Assembly: GCA_017412645.1 (NCBI GenBank)
Contig: JAFPWX010000023.1
Coordinates: 3,770-67,769 of the forward strand
Reading direction: 5' to 3'
Source: Bacteroidales bacterium
Lineage (GTDB): Bacteria > Bacteroidota > Bacteroidia > Bacteroidales > UBA932
Length of the DNA: 64,000 nucleotides
In this document: positions 45,661 to 54,669 of the stretch, in pieces
Numbering within the stretch: the first letter of the stretch is position 1
Layout: each line of letters opens with the position of its first letter
Made by a program: the position numbers and the translations under genes
Notes under the pieces: generated by a model
Told to the model about the DNA's origin: nothing
Databases searched by the model: none
What the model saw: the letters and a program-made list of their open reading frames with translations, nothing else

Positions 45661-46350
45661 ATGTTATTCTCTCTTCTTCAGGCAGCGGAAGTCGCCCCCG
45701 TGCCGCAGGAAATGTCCTACTCTCTGATCGACATGGCCACCAAGGGCGGCTGGCTCATGATTGTGCTGCTGCTTCTCAGCGTTATCGCCATCTACATCTT
45801 CGGCAAGAAGCTCTGGGTCATCAACCGTGCAGCAAAGGTTGACAAGCACTTCCTCGACGACGTCAAGGATTACATCCACGACGGCAAGACCAAGAGCGCC
45901 ATCACCTACTGCGGCAAGTTCGACACTCCCGTCGCCCGTCTGGTAGAAAAAGGCCTCGAGCGCTTCGGCAGACCCCTGGCAGATATCCAGAGCGCAATTG
46001 AGAATGTGGGCAACCTCGAAGTGGCAAGGCTCGAGAAGGGTCTTCCCATCCTCGCCACCATTGCCGGCGGCGCCCCGATGATTGGATTCCTGGGCACCGT
46101 CACCGGTATGGTACGTGCCTTCTTCAACATGGCCAACGCAGGCAACAACATCGACATCACCCTGCTCTCCAGCGGTATCTACGAGGCAATGATTACCACC
46201 GTGGGCGGCCTTATCGTGGGTATCCTCGCCTACTTCGGCTACAACTATCTCACCAGCCGCATCGACAACGTGGTGTACGAGATCGAGAACGCCACCATCG
46301 AATTCATGGATGTCCTGAACGAGCCCGAAAAGCCCCAAACCGAAGAATAA
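45661..46350 (+). CDS. MotA/TolQ/ExbB proton-channel protein
   Basis: APMIGFLGTVTGM, AMITTVGGL. Confidence 0.9.
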   Translation: MLFSLLQAAEVAPVPQEMSYSLIDMATKGGWLMIVLLLLSVIAIYIFGKKLWVINRAAKVDKHFLDDVKDYIHDGKTKSAITYCGKFDTPVARLVEKGLERFGRPLADIQSAIENVGNLEVARLEKGLPILATIAGGAPMIGFLGTVTGMVRAFFNMANAGNNIDITLLSSGIYEAMITTVGGLIVGILAYFGYNYLTSRIDNVVYEIENATIEFMDVLNEPEKPQTEE

Positions 46351-46353
46351 GCC

Positions 46354-46764
46354 ATGGCAGTCAAGCGTCGCACAAAGGTGAGCCCGGAAATCTCGATGGG
46401 AAGCATGACGGACATCGTCTTCCTGCTCCTCATCTTCTTCCTGGTCACCTCAACGCTGGTCAACCCCAACGCCCTCAAGCTCCTGCTCCCCAAGAGCACC
46501 GGCCAGGTGAGCGCCAAGCCCACCGTGAGCGTCAGCATCAAGGACTGGGGCAACGACCAGTACACATATCACGTGAACGGCAACGAAATCGCCGAAGAAC
46601 TCACTCAGGTGGAAGACGACCTGGTGGGCCTTCTCCAGAACGAGGAAGACCCCACTTTCAGCATCTATTCGGACGAATCCGTGCCGATAGGTGAGATTGT
46701 GCAGGTGATGAACATCGCCAAGCGCAACCACTACAAGGTAATCCTGGCAACGCAACCCGAATGA
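46354..46764 (+). CDS. ExbD/TolR protein
   Basis: SMTDIVFLLLIFFLVTST. Confidence 0.9.
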   Translation: MAVKRRTKVSPEISMGSMTDIVFLLLIFFLVTSTLVNPNALKLLLPKSTGQVSAKPTVSVSIKDWGNDQYTYHVNGNEIAEELTQVEDDLVGLLQNEEDPTFSIYSDESVPIGEIVQVMNIAKRNHYKVILATQPE

Positions 46765-47546
46765 AAGAGTACCAAAGGACACGCGCGGAAAGGGAGCATA
46801 ACGCCGTAATTATCGGCCTGCTCCTCACGATAGCCCTTCATGCAGGGGCCCTGGTTCTCGTGTCCTTCACCGGAATCAAGTATCTATGGCCGCCTCCGGA
46901 AGAGACAGCCATGGTGATAGATTTCACGGAAGACGAGCAGCCCGACTTCAAACCCGTCTACGGCCGTGAGCCGCAGGGTGAAGATGTGGACCTCGAGGCC
47001 CCGGTGAACATAGTCCAGCGCAGCGAAAGCCCCTTCGAGAGCACGGCGCAGAACATCACCCCGGAAACCAAGGCCGACGATTTCGGCGACGTCCCGGTTC
47101 AGGAGCCCGAACATCCAGAGGAACCGAAGCTCGACCCAAGGGCCTCCTTCCCCGGAATGGCCAAAAAAGACACCAGCGCCACCACTCCCCACTCGGCTGA
47201 AGAGGCGTCCGAGACATATCATGCCGGCCAGGCCCGCGGCAACAGCGCCGAGGCCGCCACGGAAGGCACGCCCAACGCCCATCTGGAAGGCCGCAAGGTG
47301 AACAAGAGCACCCTGCGCAAGCCCTCCTACAACCTCCAGGAAAGCGGAACGGTCGTGGTCAAGGTCTGGGTCGACCAGTACGGCCGCGTGAAGCGCGCCG
47401 AACCGGGGGCCGACGGAACCACGGTTACCAACGCCAAGCTCTGGGCTGCAGCCCGCGCAGTGGCTATGGAAGCCTGTTTTGACACTAAAGCAGATGCCCC
47501 TGCGCTGCAGGAAGGCACCATTACGTATATATTCAAACTCAAATGA
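46761..47546 (+). CDS. TonB-family energy transducer
   Basis: N-terminal TM, P/E-rich linker, GTVVVKVWVDQYGRV...GTITYIF. Confidence 0.8.
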   Translation: MKEYQRTRAEREHNAVIIGLLLTIALHAGALVLVSFTGIKYLWPPPEETAMVIDFTEDEQPDFKPVYGREPQGEDVDLEAPVNIVQRSESPFESTAQNITPETKADDFGDVPVQEPEHPEEPKLDPRASFPGMAKKDTSATTPHSAEEASETYHAGQARGNSAEAATEGTPNAHLEGRKVNKSTLRKPSYNLQESGTVVVKVWVDQYGRVKRAEPGADGTTVTNAKLWAAARAVAMEACFDTKADAPALQEGTITYIFKLK

Positions 47547-47594
47547 CATCGTCCCTGTGCGACGTGAGTCGCGCCCGGACTTAACACCTAAGAA

Positions 47595-48692
47595 ATGGAT
47601 CAGTTTTCCAAAGACGGCAGGAAATTAAGACCCCGTAAAAAGGTCTCCACTACAGAAGCCGAACACCCGCAGCACGGGTCCTACAACGCCGGGAGGCGCG
47701 AAGGCGGCTACCACAAAGCCGAAGGCGGCTACAGCCAGCACCGCGAGGGCGGCTACCGCTCCGAAGGCGGACAGCACCGCGAAGGCGGTTACCACAAGAG
47801 CTACGGCCACCGCAGCGAAGGCGCTCAGCACCGTGAAGGCGGCTACGGCCAGAACCGCGAAGGCGGCTATCGCAAAAACTCCGGCTACCGCCAGAAAGGC
47901 GGCTACCGCAAATCATTTAACGATTCCCCGCGCCCGGCGCCCAAATACTCCGACGACTCCTTCACTCCAGTACAGGAGGAGGTGCGCCTGAACAAGTTCA
48001 TCGCCAACTCCGGCGTGTGCTCACGCCGCGAGGCCGACACCATGATTCAAGCCGGCGTCGTCACCGTGAACGGAGAGGTCGTCACCGAACTTGGCACCAA
48101 GGTCAATGTCTTCAACGACGTGGTGAAGTTCAACGGCGAAACCCTCCGCGGCGAAGCCAAGGTTTATCTGGTGATGAACAAGCCCCGCGGCTATGTCACC
48201 ACCGCCAGCGATCCCCACGCCGAAAAGACGGTCATGGACCTCCTGAAGGCCTGCACCACCAGGGTCTACCCCGTAGGCCGTCTGGACAAGGCCACCACCG
48301 GAGTGCTCATGTTCACCAACGACGGCGAGATCGCCGAGCGTCTCACCCATCCGTCGTACGACAAGAAGAAAATATACCAGGTTACCCTCAACAGGCCCCT
48401 TACCGATGAAGACCGCGACCGCATCCTTGCCGGTCTCGAGCTCTCCGACGGTCCCATGGCGGCCGACGCCCTCGAATTCATCGACGAGACCGACCACCGC
48501 AAGGCCGGCATCGAGATCCACTCCGGCAAGAACCGTGTGGTAAGGCGTCTGTTCGAAGCCGCCGGCTACGAGGTGCGCGCACTCGACCGCGTGTACTTCG
48601 CCGGACTCACCAAGAAGGGCCTCAAGAAAGGCGAATGGCGCTATCTCACCGAGAGCGAAGTTAACATTCTCAAAATGGGGGCATACGTATAA
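47595..48692 (+). CDS. rRNA pseudouridine synthase (RluB/RsuA family) with a repetitive N-terminal extension
   Basis: S4 domain RLNKFIANSGVCSRREAD, NKPRGY, GRLDKATTG catalytic Asp, GKNRVVRR. Confidence 0.92.
   Translation: MDQFSKDGRKLRPRKKVSTTEAEHPQHGSYNAGRREGGYHKAEGGYSQHREGGYRSEGGQHREGGYHKSYGHRSEGAQHREGGYGQNREGGYRKNSGYRQKGGYRKSFNDSPRPAPKYSDDSFTPVQEEVRLNKFIANSGVCSRREADTMIQAGVVTVNGEVVTELGTKVNVFNDVVKFNGETLRGEAKVYLVMNKPRGYVTTASDPHAEKTVMDLLKACTTRVYPVGRLDKATTGVLMFTNDGEIAERLTHPSYDKKKIYQVTLNRPLTDEDRDRILAGLELSDGPMAADALEFIDETDHRKAGIEIHSGKNRVVRRLFEAAGYEVRALDRVYFAGLTKKGLKKGEWRYLTESEVNILKMGAYV
47695..47910 (+). repeat. Degenerate coding repeat (R)EGGY
   Basis: Repeated CGCGAAGGCGGCTA-like units encoding REGGY/EGG. 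Confidence 0.8.
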
Positions 48693-49573
48693 TGGCGTTC
48701 AAATCTGGTTTCATCAACATAATAGGCAATCCCAACGTCGGCAAGAGCACGCTCATGAACGCCATCATGGGTGAGAAGCTGAGCATCGTCACCGCGAAGG
48801 CCCAGACCACCCGTCACCGCATCATGGGCATACTCAACGGCGAGGACTACCAGGCGGTGTTCTCCGACACCCCGGGCATACTCAAGCCGGTGTACCGTCT
48901 GCAGGAAGACATGATGGGCGCGGTTCGCAGCGCAATAGGCGATGCCGACGTGATCCTTTACGTCACCGATACGGTGGAGAAGGCCGACAAGAACGGCGAA
49001 TACGTGCGCAAGCTCTCCGAACTGCTCTGCCCGGTCGTCGTGGTGATCAACAAGATCGACCTGAGCGACCAGGCCCGCGTGGAGGAACTGATGGCCCTGT
49101 GGCGGGAGCATCTCCCCAAGGCCACCGTCATCCCCGCATCGGCAAAGGAGCACTTCGGACTCGAGAACATACTCAGCACCGTAGTGGGCCTGCTTCCCGA
49201 AGCTCCGGCCTGGTACGACCGCGATACCTTCACCGACCGCAATCTGCGCTTTTTCGCAAGCGAGATCATCCGCGAGAAGATACTCCTGAACTACCGTGAG
49301 GAGATTCCCTACTCCTGTCAGGTGGAGATCGAGAGCTTCCGAGAAGGCGAAGACCGTTACGAGATAAACGCAGTCATTTACGTGATGCGCGACACCCAGA
49401 AGGGAATAGTGATAGGCAAGGGCGGCAGCGCCCTCAAGAAAGTGGGCACCCAGGCCCGCATCGACATGGAAGATTTCTTCCAGAAGAAGGTCTTCCTGCA
49501 GCTGCTGGTAAAGGTGGATCCCGACTGGCGGGAGAACCGCAGGGAACTGCGTAAATTCGGATACGAAGACTAG
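48692..49573 (+). CDS. era: GTPase Era
   Basis: GNPNVGKST, QTTR, DTPG, NKID, KH-domain GKGGSALK. Confidence 0.96.
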   Translation: MAFKSGFINIIGNPNVGKSTLMNAIMGEKLSIVTAKAQTTRHRIMGILNGEDYQAVFSDTPGILKPVYRLQEDMMGAVRSAIGDADVILYVTDTVEKADKNGEYVRKLSELLCPVVVVINKIDLSDQARVEELMALWREHLPKATVIPASAKEHFGLENILSTVVGLLPEAPAWYDRDTFTDRNLRFFASEIIREKILLNYREEIPYSCQVEIESFREGEDRYEINAVIYVMRDTQKGIVIGKGGSALKKVGTQARIDMEDFFQKKVFLQLLVKVDPDWRENRRELRKFGYED

Positions 49574-49579
49574 AAGATT

Positions 49580-52387
49580 ATGGAAGAAGACGATATAATG
49601 ACCCAGGAAGAGCAGCTGGATGCCGACGCCCTCGAGGCCCCATTGGCTGAAGACGCCGCCCCGTCGGGCAAGTTCGACCGTCTGCTTGGAAGCGACGCCT
49701 CCAAGTTCAAACTGTCGGGCATGTTCCGGGACTGGTTCCTCGACTACTCCTCGTACGTGATACTGCAGAGGGCCGTGCCGCACGTGGTGGACGGTCTGAA
49801 GCCTGTGCAGAGGCGTGTGCTCCACGCCATGTTCCGCATGGACGACGGCGCCTACACCAAGGTGGCCAACATCGTGGGACAGGCCATGCAGTACCATCCG
49901 CACGGCGACGCTTCCATTCTGGGAGCCCTGGTGCAGCTTGGGCAGAAGGGTCTGCTCATCGACTGCCAGGGTAACTGGGGCAACATCCTCACCGGCGACT
50001 CCAACGCCGCCCCGAGGTACATCGAGGCACGCCTGAGCAAGTTCGCAAAGGAAGTGGTCTTCGACCCGGAAATCACCAACTGGATGAACTCCTACGACGG
50101 CCGCAACCAGGAGCCCACCGAGCTCCCGGTCCGCTTTCCGCTGCTGCTCGCACAGGGCACCGAGGGCATCGCCGTGGGTATGGCCAGCAAGATACTCCCC
50201 CACAACTTCAACGAACTGCTTGACGCGTCAGTGAAGATACTCGAGGGCAAGCCCTATGAGATCTACCCGGACTTCCCCACCGGGGGCTTCGCCGACTGTA
50301 GCAAATACCAGAACGGCAGGCGCGGCGGCAGCGTGAAGGTGCGCGCCCGCATCGAAAAGATAGACAAGAGCACGGTCGCCATCACGGAGATTCCTTATGG
50401 CAAGACCACCCACATGCTCATCGACTCCATACTCAAGGCCAAGGACAAGGGCAAGATAAAGATCAAGAAGATCGAGGACATGACCACCGACCGCGTGAAC
50501 ATCCTCATCCATCTGCCCGGTGACGTGTCGCCCGACAAGACGATTGACGCCCTCTATGCCTTCACGGACTGCGAATGCAACCTGGCCCCGAATGCCTGCG
50601 TAATCCGGAACAACAAGCCGGAGTTCCTGTGCATCAACGACATCCTGGAGTACGACACCATGCACACCCGCGACCTCCTGGAGGCCCAGCTTCGCCTGAA
50701 GCTCACAAAACTCGAAGGCGACTGGCACTGGAGCACGCTGGAAAAGATCTTCTTCGAGAACCGCATCTACAAGGTCCTCGAACAGGATCAGAAGACATGG
50801 GAAGACCAGCTGCAGGACATCTTCGAGCAGATGCTTACCTACCAGGACCTCCTGAAGCGCGAAATCGTGATGGAGGATATCCTGAAGCTCGTGGAGAAGC
50901 CGGTACGCAAGATTTCCCGCTTCGACACCAAGGCGAACGACGAGAAGATAGTCCGCATCGAGAACGAGATGGCCGAGGTGCAGCACAATATCGACACCAT
51001 CACCGACTACACTATAGCCTGGTTCAAGGGCCTCAAGGAAAAGTACGGCAAGGACTTCCCGCGCCTCACCGAGCTCACCGGCTTCGAGACCATCGCCGCC
51101 ACCAAGGTGGTGAACAACAACGCAAAGCTCTCCGCCAATCTGGAAGAGGGCTTCGTGGGAATCGGTCTCAAGCGCGACGATCGCGGCGAATACATCTGCG
51201 ACTGCTCCGACATGAGCGAAATCATAGTTATCAGCCGCGACGGCAAGTACCGCATCGCCAAGGTGGAGGACAAGGCCTTCTTCGGCAAGGACCTCCTCTA
51301 TGTGAACGTGTTCAACCGCGGCGACGAGCGTACCATCTACAACGTGATCTACCGCGACGGGGGCAGCGGAGTCTACTACGCCAAGCGCTTCCCTGTCACG
51401 AGCATCACCCGTGACAAGGAGTACGACATCACCATGGGCACTCCGGGCAGCCGCATCGAGTACTTCTCGGCCAACCACAACGGCGAAGCCGAGACCGTGA
51501 AGGTGAACCTTCGTCCCAAGGCCAAGCTCAAGAAGACCAGCTTCGAGTACGACTTCGCCACCCTGGCCATCAAGGGCAAGGCGGCGCGCGGCAACCTGGT
51601 TTCCAAGAACCCGGTGCGCAGCATCGCGCTCAAGAGCCGCGGCGTCTCCACCATCGCCGGCAAGGACATCTGGTACGACACCGACATACAGAAACTCAAC
51701 GACGAGGGACGCGGCCTCTACCTGGGCCAGTTCGACACCTCCGACAAGGTTCTGGCGGTATTCCGCAACGGCACCTTCTACACCACTGGCTTCGAGCTTG
51801 TGAACAAGTATCAGGGCGACGTGCTGCTCATCCAGAAGTTCGACCCCGAGAAGACCTTCACAGCCCTCTATTACGACGGCGCCGCCAAGGCCTTCTACGT
51901 GAAGCGATTCAGCTTCCCTCTCAGCGAGAACAACCCGCAGAGCTTCATAGCCGACGGTCCGAAGTCGTATCTGGTGGCCATTTCGGAAGATCCGAGGCCG
52001 CAGTACCAGGTGACCTTCGGCGGCAAGGACGGCACCCACTCCCCCGAAACCATTTCGGCGGAAGATTGGATTGGCAAGAAGGGCTTCACCGCCAAGGGCC
52101 GCAAGTGCCACGACCGCTACAAGGTTGCGAAGGTGAAGTTCGTAGAGCCGCTGCCCGTTCCGGAAGAGTTGCAGGAAGATATGCCTGAGGATATGCCGGA
52201 AGAACCCGAGGCAATGGAAGCGGTAGAACTCCTGGAGGACCTTCCGGAAGAGACGATAGTCGAAAACGTGGCACCCGAGCCGGAACCGGCAGCCGAAGCT
52301 GCAACGGCCGAACCGAAAGCCGCGAAAAAGAAGGCCGCTCCAAAGGAAGAGGCCATAGAGTTGTTTGAAGAACCCACCCTGTTTTGA
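49580..52387 (+). CDS. parC: DNA topoisomerase IV subunit A (Bacteroidota type)
   Basis: DGLKPVQRR, YHPHGD, AAPRYIEAR catalytic Tyr; acidic C-terminal tail. Confidence 0.85.
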   Translation: MEEDDIMTQEEQLDADALEAPLAEDAAPSGKFDRLLGSDASKFKLSGMFRDWFLDYSSYVILQRAVPHVVDGLKPVQRRVLHAMFRMDDGAYTKVANIVGQAMQYHPHGDASILGALVQLGQKGLLIDCQGNWGNILTGDSNAAPRYIEARLSKFAKEVVFDPEITNWMNSYDGRNQEPTELPVRFPLLLAQGTEGIAVGMASKILPHNFNELLDASVKILEGKPYEIYPDFPTGGFADCSKYQNGRRGGSVKVRARIEKIDKSTVAITEIPYGKTTHMLIDSILKAKDKGKIKIKKIEDMTTDRVNILIHLPGDVSPDKTIDALYAFTDCECNLAPNACVIRNNKPEFLCINDILEYDTMHTRDLLEAQLRLKLTKLEGDWHWSTLEKIFFENRIYKVLEQDQKTWEDQLQDIFEQMLTYQDLLKREIVMEDILKLVEKPVRKISRFDTKANDEKIVRIENEMAEVQHNIDTITDYTIAWFKGLKEKYGKDFPRLTELTGFETIAATKVVNNNAKLSANLEEGFVGIGLKRDDRGEYICDCSDMSEIIVISRDGKYRIAKVEDKAFFGKDLLYVNVFNRGDERTIYNVIYRDGGSGVYYAKRFPVTSITRDKEYDITMGTPGSRIEYFSANHNGEAETVKVNLRPKAKLKKTSFEYDFATLAIKGKAARGNLVSKNPVRSIALKSRGVSTIAGKDIWYDTDIQKLNDEGRGLYLGQFDTSDKVLAVFRNGTFYTTGFELVNKYQGDVLLIQKFDPEKTFTALYYDGAAKAFYVKRFSFPLSENNPQSFIADGPKSYLVAISEDPRPQYQVTFGGKDGTHSPETISAEDWIGKKGFTAKGRKCHDRYKVAKVKFVEPLPVPEELQEDMPEDMPEEPEAMEAVELLEDLPEETIVENVAPEPEPAAEAATAEPKAAKKKAAPKEEAIELFEEPTLF

Positions 52388-52893
52388 TCCTGGCGATTTG
52401 CGGATTCATGGGGTCGGGCAAGACCACGACGGGACGCTCCCTGGCGGCCCGGCTCGGCTGGCAGTTCGCCGATCTCGACAGCGAAATCGAGAAGGCGGCA
52501 GGCCAGACGGTGGCGAAGATCTTTGAAGATGAAGGCGAAGCGGCCTTCAGAAAAAGGGAGACGGAGGCCCTCCGGGCGATTCTGGTCGATGCCGACACTC
52601 CCCTGGTGCTCGCCCTTGGCGGCGGAACGCTCATGGCCGAAGAGAACCGGCAGCTCGTGCGGCAGCACTGCCGCTGCGTATGGCTGAAGGCTTCACCGAC
52701 GGCGCTGGCAGAAAGGCTGGCACACGAGGCCGAAGGCCGTCCGCTGCTGGCCGGGCAGGACCTGCGAACCAGGGTGGCGACGCTGCTGGCCGGCAGGGAA
52801 GGCACCTACCGGGAAGCGGCCGACGTCGTCGTCGACACAGACGGCATCTCCCCGGAGGAGACAGTAGAAAGAATAATTGAAATATTAAGATAA
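52384..52893 (+). CDS. aroK: Shikimate kinase
   Basis: [26 protein letters not shown]. Confidence 0.92.
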   Translation: MILAICGFMGSGKTTTGRSLAARLGWQFADLDSEIEKAAGQTVAKIFEDEGEAAFRKRETEALRAILVDADTPLVLALGGGTLMAEENRQLVRQHCRCVWLKASPTALAERLAHEAEGRPLLAGQDLRTRVATLLAGREGTYREAADVVVDTDGISPEETVERIIEILR

Positions 52894-54431
52894 TGGAACA
52901 GTTCAACGAACAGGAACAAAACAGAAGAAACGCTTTAACCGCGCTGCGCGAACTCGGAATCAACCCATATCCGGCGCCGCTTTATCCCGTTAACGCCACG
53001 GCTGCCGGGATAGCTGCCGGCTTCGACCGCGAGGCCGCCGCACAGGAAGGATTCGACCCCACGGTGGGGCCTTTTGCCGATGTCTGCATCGCCGGCCGTA
53101 TCATGAGCCGCCGCATCATGGGAGCCGCCTCCTTCGGCGAGCTTCAGGACTCCACCGGACGCATCCAGATCTACGTGAAACGCGATGAGATCTGCCCCGG
53201 CGAAGACAAGACCATGTACAACACCGTATGGAAGAAGCTGCTCGACATAGGCGACATCATAGGAATCAAGGGCTTCGCCTTCCTCACTCAGACCGGCCAG
53301 CTCAGCGTTCACGCACGCGAGCTCACCCTGCTCAGCAAGTCTCTGAGGGTTCTGCCGATAGTGAAGGAAGCCGACGGAGTGGTGCACGACGCAGTGACCG
53401 ACCCCGAGCTCCGCTACCGTCAGCGCTACGTAGACCTAATCGTGAACCCGCAGGTGCGCGAAGTGTTCGTGAAGCGTACTCAGATCATGAACACCATGCG
53501 CAAGTTCTGCTCCGACGCAGGCTATCTGGAGGTGGAGACCCCCATCCTGCAGAGCATCCCTGGAGGCGCCACCGCCCGTCCGTTCATCACCCATCACAAT
53601 GCGCTGGACATTCCGCTGTACATGCGTATAGCCGATGAGCTTTACCTGAAGCGCCTGATCGTGGGCGGATACGACGGAGTGTTCGAGTTCGCAAAGGACT
53701 TCCGCAACGAGGGAATGGACAAGACCCACAACCCGGAGTTCACCCAGATGGAGCTCTACGCCGCCTATAAGGATTATATCTGGATGATGGATTTCACCGA
53801 GCGCATGCTCGAGAAGATAGCTTTGGACCTTCACGGCACCACCGTGGTGGAGGTCGACGGCAACCAGATCGACTTCAAGGCCGGTTGGAGGAGAGTTCGC
53901 ATCCTGGATGCAATCAAGGAATACGCCGGCGTGGATGTGCACGACATGGACGAGGCCGCCCTCCGCGAGACCTGCAAGAAACTGCATGTGGAGACCACTC
54001 CTTCGATGGGCCGCGGCAAGCTGATCGACGCCATCTTCGGAGCCTTCTGCGAGGAGCACTTCATCCAGCCCACCTTCGTGACCGACTATCCCGTGGAGAT
54101 GTCGCCGCTCACCAAGCGCTGCCGCTACGACGACACGCTCACCGAGCGCTTCGAGCTCTTCGTGAACGGTCACGAACTGGCCAACGCCTACTCCGAGCTC
54201 AACGACCCCATCGACCAGCTGGAGCGCTTCAAGGAAGAGGCCGCCCTCAAGACCAAGGGCGACGACGAGGCGATGTTCGTGGATTACGATTTCGTGCGCG
54301 CCCTCGAGTACGGCATGCCGCCTACCGCGGGTATAGGCATCGGTATCGACCGTCTGGCCATGCTCATGCTCGGCCAGAGCAGCATCCAGGATGTCCTGTT
54401 CTTCCCCCAGATGAGACCTGAAAAAATGTAA
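52893..54431 (+). CDS. lysS: Lysine--tRNA ligase (class II)
   Basis: [43 protein letters not shown]. Confidence 0.96.
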   Translation: MEQFNEQEQNRRNALTALRELGINPYPAPLYPVNATAAGIAAGFDREAAAQEGFDPTVGPFADVCIAGRIMSRRIMGAASFGELQDSTGRIQIYVKRDEICPGEDKTMYNTVWKKLLDIGDIIGIKGFAFLTQTGQLSVHARELTLLSKSLRVLPIVKEADGVVHDAVTDPELRYRQRYVDLIVNPQVREVFVKRTQIMNTMRKFCSDAGYLEVETPILQSIPGGATARPFITHHNALDIPLYMRIADELYLKRLIVGGYDGVFEFAKDFRNEGMDKTHNPEFTQMELYAAYKDYIWMMDFTERMLEKIALDLHGTTVVEVDGNQIDFKAGWRRVRILDAIKEYAGVDVHDMDEAALRETCKKLHVETTPSMGRGKLIDAIFGAFCEEHFIQPTFVTDYPVEMSPLTKRCRYDDTLTERFELFVNGHELANAYSELNDPIDQLERFKEEAALKTKGDDEAMFVDYDFVRALEYGMPPTAGIGIGIDRLAMLMLGQSSIQDVLFFPQMRPEKM

Positions 54432-54438
54432 AAAAGAT

Positions 54439-54648
54439 ATGAAACAGTTCACCCTTGACAAGCAGAACAGGAAGATCGGAGGCGTTTGCGCCGGTCTTGC
54501 CAAGTACTTCGGAATCGATGTGACCATCATCAGGGCTGCGTTCCTTTTCGCACTGCTCTGCCTCTCCTCCGGATTCTGGCTCTACGTGATCCTCTGGATC
54601 ATTGCGCCCGCCGAGGATGAATCCGCACCGACCGTCCATTACGAATAG
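54439..54648 (+). CDS. PspC-domain membrane protein
   Basis: KIGGVCAGLAKYFGIDVTIIR...YVILWII. Confidence 0.88.
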   Translation: MKQFTLDKQNRKIGGVCAGLAKYFGIDVTIIRAAFLFALLCLSSGFWLYVILWIIAPAEDESAPTVHYE

Positions 54649-54669
54649 GCTCGTTTGATAGCGGATTCG

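Noticed and set aside
14639-47546. Two ExbBD/TonB loci as something unusual
   Set aside because: Multiple such loci are standard in Bacteroidales.
47551-47580. Small hairpin GCGAC-GTGA-GTCGC before the RluB-like gene
   Set aside because: Only 5-9 bp, no second copy seen, no U tract; insufficient evidence.
47695-47910. Repeats as a possible CRISPR array
   Set aside because: Units are degenerate, in frame within a CDS, have no unique spacers of constant length, and no cas genes are nearby.
48641-52111. 520-aa and 627-aa ORFs antisense to era/parC
   Set aside because: Shadow ORFs with no domain signal.
52160-52380. Acidic Pro/Glu/Ala tail of ParC as an insertion
   Set aside because: Terminal low-complexity tail without palindromic structure.
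49580-52387. Calling this gyrA
   Set aside because: N-terminal FLDYSSYVILQRAVPH pattern and lack of a GyrA box fit the Bacteroidota ParC type.
53000-53090. Slightly long loop in LysS ([18 protein letters not shown]) as another palindromic insertion
   Set aside because: No inverted repeat seen in the DNA; within normal loop variation.
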